From Promethearchaeum syntrophicum (lineage in GTDB: Archaea > Asgardarchaeota > Lokiarchaeia > Sigyniarchaeales > Promethearchaeaceae), in the NCBI RefSeq assembly GCF_008000775.2, contig NZ_CP042905.2:1200001-1232000 (forward strand): a DNA stretch of 32,000 nt. Reading direction: 5' to 3'. Below the pieces are notes generated by a model, which saw only the letters and a program-made list of their open reading frames with translations, made no database searches and was not told the origin of the DNA. The position numbers and the translations under genes are program-made. Shown piece after piece: positions 18,029 to 27,803 of the stretch (position 1 is the first letter of the stretch; every line of letters starts with the position of its first letter).

Positions 18029-18087
18029 TTGACCTCCAAGCTTCAAAAACGAAATAAATATATTTTATTGTAGTTGGTCTCCAAGCT
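18029..18087. promoter_or_regulatory. direct repeat TTG(A/G)(C/T)CTCCAAGCT x2, 45 bp apart, in divergent intergenic region
   Basis: Copies at 18029-18042 (ttgacctccaagct) and 18074-18087 (ttggtctccaagct) match at 12 of 14 positions. They are relatively GC-rich islands in AT-rich spacer. Copy 2 abuts a TATA-like TTTTAAAA (18089-18096) that ends 22 nt before the MFS ATG. Confidence 0.35.
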
Positions 18088-18117
18088 CTTTTAAAATGAA
18101 TTAATATTAAATGAAAT

Positions 18118-19464
18118 ATGGAAAATATTGATAAGAAAGAGGCTTTGTCAGAAATAAATACAAATTTAAAACCTCAAAATAAAAACGCTCGGAACTCCTT
18201 TCAAGCATTTATTTTTTTTTGGATTGGACAATTATTCTCAATCTTAGGCTCTAACATAGTTAGTTTCGTTTTAATTTGGACAATAACAGAACTCGCTCCA
18301 GAAAATAACACCGTGCTATCTATTGCCGCGTTTTTAGCTTTCATACCTTTTGTAGTATTCGTTCCAATTGCTGGTGTGGTTGCGGATAAGTGGAATAAAA
18401 AATCTATTATTCTAGTTGCAGATTCCCTGCAAGCAGCTCTCACACTTGTATATATTATCATTATAGCTTTAGGAAATCTTCAAATTTGGCATATTTATGC
18501 AATAGGTTTCCTTAGAGGAACCTGCGGTGCATTTCATGAACCCGTTTCATTTTCTGTGCTTTCCATCATGACTCCAAAAGATAAATTGAGTAGAATGAAC
18601 GGCTTGAATACGCTATTTAGTAGCCTTGTTAGGATTATCGCTCCCGTTATTGCAGGATTTTTGATGATATATCTAGACACAATGTGGGTTTTATCTATTG
18701 ATATTATTACCTTCTTAATTGCATTGGTTCCAATCATATATATTGCGTTTCCAAATGTTTTAGAGAGTTCTAAAGAATCCGATTTGAAAGGCGAAGGAAA
18801 GGGTTCGTTTTGGGGGCATCTGAAAGAAGGTTTCACTACTATTAAAAATATTCCTGGTTTAATGATGATAATGTTAATGGCAACTCTTTCAAATTTTTTC
18901 TTCCAACCATTAGATGCTCTCTTACCTAATTTTGTTAGAGTTTCACACTCAGGTGGGCAGCAAGAATTAGCATACTTTCTGGGATTTCTCAATTTAGGTG
19001 TGTTTTTGGGAGCAATTATAATGACTGTTAAGAAACATTGGAAACACATGGCAATAACTATTACGATAGGACTATTTTCAACATCAGTTGGTTATCTTGC
19101 ATTAGGATTGGTTCCTCCTGGCAGTTTTATTGCTCTGTATATTTTTGCGGCACTCTTCTTAGTCATGAATCCGATAGTCAACGGTCTTTTTCAAACGGCA
19201 ATTGTTTTTATGATTCCACCTGAAAAAATGGGACGTGTTATCAGCGTTTTAATCACTATGAGTTCAATCGCCAGTCCATTGGGGCTAATTATAGCAGGGC
19301 CTGCCGCTGATTTACTAGGTTCAATTCCAAAACTGTATATCATTTGTGGTATATTAAGCGCTGTATCAGTTGCATTGACAATTTTTCGAAAAGCTCCTTG
19401 GAATATGATGAAAGAAGGTCAAAGACTTCAGGATGAAGCAATGAAAGCAAAAGCTGAGGAATAA
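18118..19464 (+). CDS. MFS transporter
   Basis: About 12 hydrophobic spans by eye. The loop motif GVVADKWNKK after TM2 resembles the MFS signature G-x3-D-(R/K)-x-x-(R/K)-(R/K). Confidence 0.8.
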   Translation: MENIDKKEALSEINTNLKPQNKNARNSFQAFIFFWIGQLFSILGSNIVSFVLIWTITELAPENNTVLSIAAFLAFIPFVVFVPIAGVVADKWNKKSIILVADSLQAALTLVYIIIIALGNLQIWHIYAIGFLRGTCGAFHEPVSFSVLSIMTPKDKLSRMNGLNTLFSSLVRIIAPVIAGFLMIYLDTMWVLSIDIITFLIALVPIIYIAFPNVLESSKESDLKGEGKGSFWGHLKEGFTTIKNIPGLMMIMLMATLSNFFFQPLDALLPNFVRVSHSGGQQELAYFLGFLNLGVFLGAIIMTVKKHWKHMAITITIGLFSTSVGYLALGLVPPGSFIALYIFAALFLVMNPIVNGLFQTAIVFMIPPEKMGRVISVLITMSSIASPLGLIIAGPAADLLGSIPKLYIICGILSAVSVALTIFRKAPWNMMKEGQRLQDEAMKAKAEE

Positions 19465-19496
19465 TTTTTTATTTTTATTTTTTATGCAAGATTTTT

Positions 19497-20186
19497 TTAC
19501 AAATATCTTGTATACATAACGATCCATATTATTGAATTGAATGTTCCATGAGCTACAATAGATACAATTAAATCTCCTTTTTGAAACATCGTAATCAAGG
19601 AAAGTAGGACTCCAAAAGCAAAATAATATAACCAGAATGTTAGAAAAGTTGCCCATGGAACTATACCTGGAAACACATGAAACAACATAAATAGGGTACT
19701 GCTCAATACAACACCAAAAATCTTATTTTTATGATTGAATTCTTTTAGCAAAACACCCCGAAAACAAAATTCTTCAGCAAATGCGACACTAGTAAAGATA
19801 ACAATAACTCCAACAATAATTAACGTCCAAATTATAAGAGGATCTGGCGGAGGCGGAGGGGGAGTAGTATTAACTGAACCTTCAGATGCTATATTGTAAA
19901 ACTCTTCGCCCATTATCTTAATGATTACATTTTTAATTGTAACTGCAAGCAGTCCACCAAAATAGTAGAAAAAGACTCCTATGAAGATCCCCATTATAAT
20001 ATCTGCCAGCCTAAACCAAAAATTTCGATCCAACATTTCGTTAGGGATTATTCGGTGGCGGAATTCGTATTTTAGGTCTTTCTTTTGCAATTTAAAAACA
20101 ATCATTGGAATGATAATGAAAATCAATTCTGCAGCAGAAAACAGAAAAAATACCCCAGCTGAAGTTGCTACATCAAGTAAAAGCAC
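19497..20186 (-). CDS. CPBP-family (CAAX/Abi) intramembrane protease
   Basis: All three family motifs are present: AEEFCFRG (E-E-x3-R), FMLFHV (F-x3-H) and HGTFNS (H-x3-N). It is a multi-TM protein. The listed start is GTG. Confidence 0.8.
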   Translation of the reverse strand: MLLLDVATSAGVFFLFSAAELIFIIIPMIVFKLQKKDLKYEFRHRIIPNEMLDRNFWFRLADIIMGIFIGVFFYYFGGLLAVTIKNVIIKIMGEEFYNIASEGSVNTTPPPPPPDPLIIWTLIIVGVIVIFTSVAFAEEFCFRGVLLKEFNHKNKIFGVVLSSTLFMLFHVFPGIVPWATFLTFWLYYFAFGVLLSLITMFQKGDLIVSIVAHGTFNSIIWIVMYTRYL

Positions 20187-20264
20187 AAGGTGAAATAGAA
20201 TTTTAATCGTTTAAATGTTGGTCTTAAAAAAAAGGATAAAAAAAAGAATTTAAAAAGATGATTA

Positions 20265-20855
20265 TTATGCTGAAATCTCTTTAACATTAAGGAAATAGGG
20301 ATTTGAAGCCAAAAAATATCCATTTGTCAATTTATTTAGACCATTTGCATTACCATTTGAGTTCCACCACACATTGATTGAGTAGGATCCTGCTTCTAAA
20401 GTGGAAGTTTTTGCTTCTAGATATACAGAATATGGGTAAAATTCTGCAAAAATAAAACTAGAATTGTCGATACCTCTCTGATGGAAGATAACAATTGTTT
20501 GATTTACAACACCCTCGATTTCTAATGTAATATTAAATGAAAATGCATTTCCATGCATTAAATCAGGGTGGATATACAAAAACATTGAAGCACTAAACGT
20601 TACTTCAAGCGAAGAATTACCATTAGTAGTTATTATTGTTTCCATAGAAGGTATGATCGTCTCATTTAAATCGCTATCGGATTTTTCGATATATGTTGAA
20701 TTTTCAAGGGTCGTACTTTGAAGAATAAGACCAGAAGGAATTTCTTCGGAGTCTGCTGGTTTTGGGACTAAATATGGTACCATGAAATATGAAATTGCCG
20801 TCATGATAATCAGACTGATCCCAATGCTCAATACAACTTGACCTTTATTTCCCAT
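20265..20855 (-). CDS. secreted or surface-anchored beta-rich protein of unknown function, possible class III (pilin-like) signal
   Basis: N-terminus MGNKGQVVLSIGISLIIMTAISYF has a basic K-G-Q followed by a hydrophobic span. Six N-x-S/T sequons are present (NST, NET, NSS, NIT, NQT, NSS), which suggests an extracellular glycoprotein. Confidence 0.5.
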   Translation of the reverse strand: MGNKGQVVLSIGISLIIMTAISYFMVPYLVPKPADSEEIPSGLILQSTTLENSTYIEKSDSDLNETIIPSMETIITTNGNSSLEVTFSASMFLYIHPDLMHGNAFSFNITLEIEGVVNQTIVIFHQRGIDNSSFIFAEFYPYSVYLEAKTSTLEAGSYSINVWWNSNGNANGLNKLTNGYFLASNPYFLNVKEISA

Positions 20856-21035
20856 TATTTTAACCTCTTATATTTTCTGATTAAAAAATTAAAAAGAATA
20901 ATAAATCTTTAAGAAAAATTAATTTATGAATATATAATTCTTTCCATCATTAAAATTCGGTTTAAATCATTTTGATGGAGATTTATAATAATTAGATAAA
21001 TGAAAATTTAAAAAATGTAAAAAATTAGTTTGGAA

Positions 21036-22025
21036 TTAATTTTTTATTTCGTATTGTGGATTAATCCTAGATAATATTACGTTTTTGGATTGAAATCCTT
21101 TAGGACCTTTCTCCTCGATCAAAAAAGAAGAACCGGCGCTAGCGATTTTAATAATTTCTGAGATTTTATTAAAAGTTCTTTCTTTAGGAGACAAATCTAT
21201 TAATCCTAAAAGGAGAATAGCCATGAAGCAATCTCCAGCTCCAGTTTCATCTTCACATTTTTTTGGATTGTATGCATTAAAATGCAAGATGGGATGTCCT
21301 GGAGCTTTAAAGTAAAGCCCTTTATCACCCAAAGTTGTAAAAATATAAGCTCCCGTTTCCCCTAAAAGTTCAGTCGCTTGTTTAAGTTCATTATGAGCAA
21401 GTTCTGTAACAGCCAAAGCTTCTTTATCGCTAGCTTTAAAAAACATTCTGGATCCGAATTTTTGAAGCATTTTAAAAATTAAGGGTCTAATCATGCTATT
21501 TTTTTTCAGTATTAAATTTCCTTCTTTATCAAAATCGCGAATTAATCCTTGTACATCAATTCCAATTATAGAATTATTGGTTATGTTATGATCAGCTAAT
21601 TTACTTAGAAATTCTGATGGAAATTCGTCAGCAATTGGAGTAAGATGGATGGCTTTTGCTGGGAGAAAATCAGGTGAAAATTCGATATCTTTAATCTCAA
21701 AATTCCTTGCTTTGGATATTAATCGTAGGTTTCTACCATTCTCATGATAATCAATTAAGTATTTTGTGGTTTCTTTTCCTTCTTTGATTATTCCTTTAAG
21801 ATCTATCTTCGTATCCTTAAATATCGAGAGATGTCCATCATCAAAATCCTTTCCTACGATTGATATAATCCCAATATTAGCTTTAGGATTATAATGATAC
21901 GAGGAAAGGCTTCCATAAGTAACTCCTCCCCCAAGTGATTGAGAATTTGTGTTACGGGATCTAACGATAATATTATCCAAAGCAAAATGCCCGATAAATA
22001 CAATATCTTTTTTCCAATCGTTCAA
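21036..22025 (-). CDS. PfkB-family carbohydrate or nucleoside kinase
   Basis: N-terminal GG motif (SLGGGVTYGS) and C-terminal ETGAGDCFMA (T-x-G-A-G-D motif). The listed start is TTG. Confidence 0.8.
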   Translation of the reverse strand: MNDWKKDIVFIGHFALDNIIVRSRNTNSQSLGGGVTYGSLSSYHYNPKANIGIISIVGKDFDDGHLSIFKDTKIDLKGIIKEGKETTKYLIDYHENGRNLRLISKARNFEIKDIEFSPDFLPAKAIHLTPIADEFPSEFLSKLADHNITNNSIIGIDVQGLIRDFDKEGNLILKKNSMIRPLIFKMLQKFGSRMFFKASDKEALAVTELAHNELKQATELLGETGAYIFTTLGDKGLYFKAPGHPILHFNAYNPKKCEDETGAGDCFMAILLLGLIDLSPKERTFNKISEIIKIASAGSSFLIEEKGPKGFQSKNVILSRINPQYEIKN

Positions 22026-22085
22026 CTTATTTCAGATATGTTTTTTAATATATTTAATTTATTTTCTTTTTGAGGAGAAAGAAAT

Positions 22086-23012
22086 ATGACATTAACGAGA
22101 AAACCGGTTGTTGCGGGGACATTTTATCCCAGATTAGAAAAAGATATTATAAAATTAATTGATGAAAGTTTTTTGGATGAAAATTTTGGAATTGGAAAAG
22201 AATTTACTATTGACAACACAAAAGATGGTAAAAGAAAGGTATTAGGAGGCATTTCTCCACATGCGGGGTATATTTATAGTGCTTCATGTGCAGCGCATAC
22301 AATTCAAGAGATATTTCGAGAGGGTGCACCCGATACTATAATAATTCTTGGCACACAACATACAGGTTATTATAATATTGGAATAATGAAAAATGGGATA
22401 TGGAAAACACCCTTAGGTGAATTGAATATAGATTCGGTAATAAGTTCAGATTTAATTCAAGAATCACCTGAAATTATTGAAGATGATTCTGCATTCAATG
22501 GTTTTCCCCACGGACGTGAGCATAATATCGAAGTTCAACTTCCTTTAATTCAATACGCAGCAAAAAAAGCAAAAAAAGAAATAACTTTTGTTCCCATAAA
22601 AATAGGACAGATGGAGAAGAATGTTTTACAAGATCTAGGAAAAGCGATAGCGAATGTAATAAAAAAATATCAAAATAAAGATATAGCTATTATTGCATCC
22701 TCTGATATGACTCATTATCAACCTAGAAATCCACATAATCCAGAATTTGAAATAAATAATACCCAAAAAATTCGTGATCAAGCAGTAATTGATGCATTTA
22801 AGGAATTTAATTGGGAGAAAACGCTTACCAAAGCAAATGAAACAACTGTATGTGGACCACAAACAATTACAACTTTAATGATTGCTGCAAAAGAGCTTGG
22901 ATATAAATATGCTAAAGACTTAAAATATTTCACAAGTTATGAAAAAATGGGATCTAGAACTCCTTGCGATTATTCAGTAGGGTATTTTAGTGGAATAATT
23001 TTAAATGAATAA
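22086..23012 (+). CDS. MEMO1-family protein (AmmeMemoRadiSam system protein B)
   Basis: Family motifs VAGTFYP, GGISPHAGYIYSASCAAH, SSDMTHY and TVCGP. An SD-like sequence is present (tgaggagaaagaaatATG). Confidence 0.8.
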   Translation: MTLTRKPVVAGTFYPRLEKDIIKLIDESFLDENFGIGKEFTIDNTKDGKRKVLGGISPHAGYIYSASCAAHTIQEIFREGAPDTIIILGTQHTGYYNIGIMKNGIWKTPLGELNIDSVISSDLIQESPEIIEDDSAFNGFPHGREHNIEVQLPLIQYAAKKAKKEITFVPIKIGQMEKNVLQDLGKAIANVIKKYQNKDIAIIASSDMTHYQPRNPHNPEFEINNTQKIRDQAVIDAFKEFNWEKTLTKANETTVCGPQTITTLMIAAKELGYKYAKDLKYFTSYEKMGSRTPCDYSVGYFSGIILNE

Positions 23013-23020
23013 GACTATCT

Positions 23021-23938
23021 TTACGATTTTTCTTTTTTTGTTCTTTTAAGTGAAGTTGGAATTCCTATTTGTGATTTTTGAACCTTTTTTACTACTTTTA
23101 TTTGTGCCTCATCATATTCTTCATTGTATCCCGGTGGATAATTAAAATAATGCAATTTGTTTAATTGCCAATCTCTAATTATTCTTTTGTAAACTTCATT
23201 TTCATTTATTTTACCACCGGCTCTTAGGGGGCCATGTTTTTTACCGATTCTTTCAATTAATTCATCAAGACTATCCGATTCTTCTAAATTCGAATTTTTC
23301 GCATATATGCCTATTTTGTACAATTTTTCAAACATTTTAACAGGGAGTAAATCATAGAGAGCTTCTACAACTGCCAAGGGATCTTTAACTTTATCTGCAA
23401 CCATGCATGCTTTTAAAGCGATAGCAGTTTCGTCTGTTTCATCTATTGGAATAACGCCCGGCGTGTCGATGAGATAGAGATTGTTTGTTAATTTAATTCT
23501 TTTAATTGCTCGTGTAAAACCCGCACTTGAAGAAATTCCTACTTTTTTTTTATTTTTAGTTAAAGCTTGGATTAATGAAGATTTTCCAGTATTAGGATAT
23601 CCAACAATTAATATATTTTCATTGCCACTTTTACCCAAGTCTCGTAATCTATGAAAGAGAAACATTGTTCCGCTATGAAATTTCGCACAGGTCGAGAAAA
23701 TTTCATAATTTTGTTGTTTAAAATAATTCACCCATGCATTAAATATCTCTTTCGGGACCAAATCCTTTTTATTTAGAACAAGGATTAATTTCATTTGGGG
23801 TTTATTTTGCTGCATAAATTTTTCTATAGCATGGTTATGAGTACCTAGGGGATTACGCGCATCAAGAATTTCCAAAACAACATCAGTATCTTTAAGAACT
23901 GCTTTAAATACATCCTGCCAATGTTGTTCTGTTTTCAT
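23021..23938 (-). CDS. circularly permuted YlqF/YawG-family GTPase (Nog2/Nug1/MJ1464-like ribosome-biogenesis type)
   Basis: The motif order is G4 LVLNKKDL, then G1 GYPNTGKSS, then G3 DTPGV. ILDARNPLGT at the N-terminus is also family-typical. I use the ATG at 23938; the listed GTG at 23947 is the alternative. Confidence 0.8.
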   Translation of the reverse strand: MKTEQHWQDVFKAVLKDTDVVLEILDARNPLGTHNHAIEKFMQQNKPQMKLILVLNKKDLVPKEIFNAWVNYFKQQNYEIFSTCAKFHSGTMFLFHRLRDLGKSGNENILIVGYPNTGKSSLIQALTKNKKKVGISSSAGFTRAIKRIKLTNNLYLIDTPGVIPIDETDETAIALKACMVADKVKDPLAVVEALYDLLPVKMFEKLYKIGIYAKNSNLEESDSLDELIERIGKKHGPLRAGGKINENEVYKRIIRDWQLNKLHYFNYPPGYNEEYDEAQIKVVKKVQKSQIGIPTSLKRTKKEKS

Positions 23939-23960
23939 TTTAAGCACTTTTTTAATAAAA

Positions 23961-24596
23961 TTAATGATTTATTAACGGAATCCTTGATTTCTTCCCCATT
24001 TTACGATTTTTCAATCCGATGTATTCTGATAAATGGAAACCAAAAAAGAAAACATATCCGAAAATAAAATACCAGTAATTAATAACAAATACAAAAACCG
24101 CAATAAACATTGATATTCCTATTAAAATTTCAAGAATTATCATTAATTTCGATGAATAATACCTTTGAACAAAAAAAAATTGTCGATTGTTTTTATCTTC
24201 TAATACATGTGATAAATCAATTCGTTCTTCAGGGGTTAATAATAGGCGTAATCCGAATATTTTATTATTATAGAAAAAATTTGTTCCCCAATCAATCAAA
24301 TCGATCAAAATATGACAGAAATATGCGATTCCGCCCATTAATACCCAAATTTCATTTAAAATTATCCCAATTATTATTATAATTAGTGATGGATAAATTG
24401 AGTGTGAGATTAACATCCGATGGTTATGATCTTTAGCATATTTTTTAAAAATAATATCGAAATCTAATATAAAACCACATAAAACTATAAAGGAGAAAGT
24501 AAATATGTTCAACTGAATGAAGTAATGTGTTACGGAAGCAATGATTAATCCGATCCCGAAATGAACATTAATATGCATAAGAAAAAATGTGCGCAT
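23961..24596 (-). CDS. membrane-bound metal-dependent hydrolase-like protein (DUF457/YdjM-like)
   Basis: Polytopic membrane protein with His-containing motifs MHINVHFGIG, LISHSIYPS and HILIDLIDWGT. The longest ORF (to 24740) would overlap the divergent gene by 110 nt, so I use the ATG at 24596 (MRTFFLMHINVH). Confidence 0.55.
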   Translation of the reverse strand: MRTFFLMHINVHFGIGLIIASVTHYFIQLNIFTFSFIVLCGFILDFDIIFKKYAKDHNHRMLISHSIYPSLIIIIIGIILNEIWVLMGGIAYFCHILIDLIDWGTNFFYNNKIFGLRLLLTPEERIDLSHVLEDKNNRQFFFVQRYYSSKLMIILEILIGISMFIAVFVFVINYWYFIFGYVFFFGFHLSEYIGLKNRKMGKKSRIPLINH

Positions 24597-24630
24597 TCTT
24601 TTAATTAATTTACTAAGGTGCAAGTAAATA

Positions 24631-25797
24631 ATGGATTTTGAACAATTTTTAGAAAAAAATGTAGAAATAAGTAATGCTCGAATAAAAAAGCTCCATGGAT
24701 TTGCTAAAAAAATCTGGAATAGGCAGAAAATAACTCCCATTGATCTCCATTACAAATGTTTAGATACTTGGGATAAGTTAAGCAAAGATCTTGATTGTAA
24801 AATACTTCCCTTAGTTAAGGTTAATGAAGATCGTCCGATTACAAATTTAATTTTTGGTTCTGGAAGTTTTACAACTGGAAAATTTCAAGCGGAACAATAT
24901 AATGTGGTTAAATCGTATTGCTCCGAACCACCGATAATTCTGCAGGGAATTGTTTCAAATAAATCAAAGATGCATGATAGTAATGCTTCAGATATTAGCA
25001 ATCAATTTTCAGTACCCTTAGTAGAACTTGATTTTATTGACTGGTATCATGAAAATATTGATAAAAATGAACAAAATCCAATCAGAGCAACGAAATATTT
25101 ATTTGGTGATAATGAAGAGAAACCTTCTTTACCCGATATTGCTCGAAAATTCTCAATCAGGCAAGATAGATATCATAAGATATTAGGTGAAGAAATCGCG
25201 CATACTATAAAAAATCAAACTGATATTGTTAGTGCACGTGGATATAATTTTCAATTTTGTGGTTCAATGTTTGCACATCAACCAAATCATCAACCTCATA
25301 TCAATGATACTCATCCTGCGGATTTAAGTTATATAGATTCTAAATCAAAGAAGAAACTTTATGCAGGCTGGCAATCGGGCGCAGTTGAATTAATGATGAA
25401 AGATAAAATTCATGAAACTTATCGAGGAAGCTTTATTGAAGTGGAATATATGAACAATTTTAATCAGATCAACACACTTGATGAGGGAGTGTTAATGGGG
25501 ATAGGAAAAGGAGTAACTCCTGAGTCAGACATGAATTTAACCCCGACTCAAATCCAATCTATTATGAAAATTATGGATGATTATTTCTTCTGCACATTAG
25601 AGCCTACTGGACTAATATTATTATGGGGAGTAACGGATAGACCTATTCCCGTAATCTATAAATCAAAAGAAGGCAAAATCGTAATTGTAAAGCAGAGAGC
25701 AGTTTTCGTTGGAAACAAATTCCATAGTGGTTTAAATGCATGGGGATCCAACTTAGATGAGGATATGAAAGAGCTCCAAGATTTTATATTTCCATAA
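24631..25797 (+). CDS. hypothetical protein, weak formyltransferase-fold resemblance
   Basis: The frame is long and clean. By eye, NLIFGSGSFTTGKFQ...ILQGIVSNK resembles vLiSGnGSNlqa...avisN. DIVSARGYNFQF...HINDTHPADL resembles DlivlAGfmril...iNiHPSLLP. The N-to-H spacing differs from PurN. Confidence 0.35.
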   Translation: MDFEQFLEKNVEISNARIKKLHGFAKKIWNRQKITPIDLHYKCLDTWDKLSKDLDCKILPLVKVNEDRPITNLIFGSGSFTTGKFQAEQYNVVKSYCSEPPIILQGIVSNKSKMHDSNASDISNQFSVPLVELDFIDWYHENIDKNEQNPIRATKYLFGDNEEKPSLPDIARKFSIRQDRYHKILGEEIAHTIKNQTDIVSARGYNFQFCGSMFAHQPNHQPHINDTHPADLSYIDSKSKKKLYAGWQSGAVELMMKDKIHETYRGSFIEVEYMNNFNQINTLDEGVLMGIGKGVTPESDMNLTPTQIQSIMKIMDDYFFCTLEPTGLILLWGVTDRPIPVIYKSKEGKIVIVKQRAVFVGNKFHSGLNAWGSNLDEDMKELQDFIFP

Positions 25798-25813
25798 TAA
25801 TACAGTGATAATA

Positions 25814-26944
25814 ATGAGAGGAGTAAATCCAAAATGGATTATAATCAGTGGAATATTTCTAGTTGGTTTATCGATTAGTAGTTTCTTAATTTTTACAAAT
25901 GGAACTCACATCGTTCAAATTGGAGGGTATTTTGATGGAACTGGTGATGATACTCAAGATGGTATAGCTACAGATATTTTTATAAAAAATGATATTGCAT
26001 TTCTAGTGGATGGTTCCGATGGATTAGAAATATTAGATATATCGGATCCTTTAAATATTCAGGAATTGGGGCAAATTGATAATGATGCTGGAAGTCTATA
26101 TGCGAGAAAAGTATTTGTAAGTGAAGATGTTGCTTATTTAGCCGTAAAAGACAATGGACTTAAATTAGTTGATATTTCAGATCCAAGGAACCCTACCAAA
26201 ATAGGGTTTTATTGGAATAATTGCTCAATTTTAGATGTAATTATATCAGAAGATGTTGCCTATATTGCTGCTGGAGAAAATGGGGTAGAAATCCTCAATA
26301 TATCAAATCCAAGTAATATTGTGCAAATCTCAAACTATACAGATAATTACAATATTACATGGGGATTAGATTTTAATGAACAAGAAAATCTCCTCTATGT
26401 GGCAGATCGTAGTGATGGTCTTGAAATTTTGGATGTTAGTAATTTAAACTCTCCTGTTGAGTTAGGTCAACTTAAATTGGAAAGAGCAATTGAAATTGAA
26501 GTTATTGGAAATTACGCATTTATTACTCTTTACGATAACGGCTTATCTATTATAGATGTTAGCGATCCTTCAGATCCATTAGAAATCTCAAATTTTGAAT
26601 ATGGAGTTATAAAGGATGTTGCTGTCAATGGGACTTCTTGTTATTTGGTTACAGATCGTGGATTAGTAATGCTCGATGTTTCAGATCCCGTTAATCCAGT
26701 GATTGCCAATATTTATGCTAATCAATATAGTGCTAATGGAGTTTTAATAATTGAAGATTTGATTTTTTATGCAAATGGTTATTCAGGATTAGAAATTTTA
26801 CAGATTAAGCCTACTCATTTGAACTATTATCTTGGAGGTTTTTTTTTAGTTCCTGGATTAATTATGGTGTATTTTGGATTAAAATTATCAGGAAAAATTA
26901 ATGAAGAACAAGAGAGGATGGAAAAATTCGTTAGAAATTACTAA
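25814..26944 (+). CDS. LVIVD-repeat beta-propeller protein with N- and C-terminal TM spans
   Basis: At least seven repeats of type A(F/Y)(L/I)A..(D/E)NGL.(I/L)(L/V)D(I/V)S(D/N)P..P. Examples are DGSDGLEILDISDPLNIQELG, KDNGLKLVDISDPRNPTKIG, GENGVEILNISNPSNIVQIS and YDNGLSIIDVSDPSDPLEIS. Hydrophobic spans are WIIISGIFLVGLSISSFLIF and GGFFLVPGLIMVYFGL. Confidence 0.8.
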   Translation: MRGVNPKWIIISGIFLVGLSISSFLIFTNGTHIVQIGGYFDGTGDDTQDGIATDIFIKNDIAFLVDGSDGLEILDISDPLNIQELGQIDNDAGSLYARKVFVSEDVAYLAVKDNGLKLVDISDPRNPTKIGFYWNNCSILDVIISEDVAYIAAGENGVEILNISNPSNIVQISNYTDNYNITWGLDFNEQENLLYVADRSDGLEILDVSNLNSPVELGQLKLERAIEIEVIGNYAFITLYDNGLSIIDVSDPSDPLEISNFEYGVIKDVAVNGTSCYLVTDRGLVMLDVSDPVNPVIANIYANQYSANGVLIIEDLIFYANGYSGLEILQIKPTHLNYYLGGFFLVPGLIMVYFGLKLSGKINEEQERMEKFVRNY

Positions 26945-27768
26945 TTTCTGATAACTTTTAATCCGGTAACTTCAACTTTTTCTCCATTCCTTTTTTTTCT
27001 AATTTTGTTTGGAAATGATATATTTACATCTCTATTTAGGAAAGTAGGTTCTTTAGAAGCCTCATCGATCAATAACTGGACCGGACTTGGAGAACCTTTT
27101 TGGAAGTGAATAATTTTACTTTGACCAACAAAATTCCGGTCCATCTGTTTAAAGATCGAATTGCATGAAGCAATTGGGATCCTGTTTTCAAGTGCTCTCG
27201 CTTGAAGATATATATTATAATTATACATTCCTGTTTCTCGAATAAGAGTAGGACTAAAAATTATTTCTGCGCCATTATTCGCCGCAAGACTTGTTAAAGA
27301 AGAAGAAATCGTCAAATCAAAACATATTAAAATTGAAAAGGTAGTATCTAATTTAGTATCTCGAAAAACTTGAAGTTCCTTCCCACTTTCTAAGATTTCT
27401 TTTTCCAATCCATAAAGATGGATTTTATCTTGACGAAACATCTCATTACCTTGAGAATCAAAATAATAAGCAGTTACAAACGGGCGCGTGAATTCTTCAT
27501 GTTTTTCCCAAATTCCTCCCGAAATAATCGGGATGTTATATTCTTTTACCCATTGTTTTACATATTGATATTGAATTCCACGTTCTGATTGAAATATTTG
27601 GTCTGGTTTCAAATTATTAAAATCAAGAAAATACCACCTCTCAGGAAGACAGATTATATCTGGATTTTGTTGGCATGATTTTTCAATCAAGTTCTCTAAA
27701 TGTCTGAAATTTTTATCGTTATCCTTTGAAACTAACGATTGAACTAAAGATATATTGATATTTTTCAT
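26941..27768 (-). CDS. carbon-nitrogen hydrolase (nitrilase superfamily)
   Basis: Glu-Lys-Cys triad contexts in the expected order: ICLPERW, FRQDKIHLYG and SILICFDL. Confidence 0.75.
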   Translation of the reverse strand: MKNINISLVQSLVSKDNDKNFRHLENLIEKSCQQNPDIICLPERWYFLDFNNLKPDQIFQSERGIQYQYVKQWVKEYNIPIISGGIWEKHEEFTRPFVTAYYFDSQGNEMFRQDKIHLYGLEKEILESGKELQVFRDTKLDTTFSILICFDLTISSSLTSLAANNGAEIIFSPTLIRETGMYNYNIYLQARALENRIPIASCNSIFKQMDRNFVGQSKIIHFQKGSPSPVQLLIDEASKEPTFLNRDVNISFPNKIRKKRNGEKVEVTGLKVIRN

Positions 27769-27803
27769 CAAATTCACGAATTATTTATAAATTTTGTAAT
27801 ATC

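Noticed and set aside
17527-19656. Antisense or overlapping ORFs: 17527-17964 (+), 18201-18461 (-), 18534-19049 (-), 19038-19223 (+) and 19366-19656 (-).
   Set aside because: Each lies inside or across better-supported genes (sHsp, MFS, CPBP) and shows no recognisable motifs.
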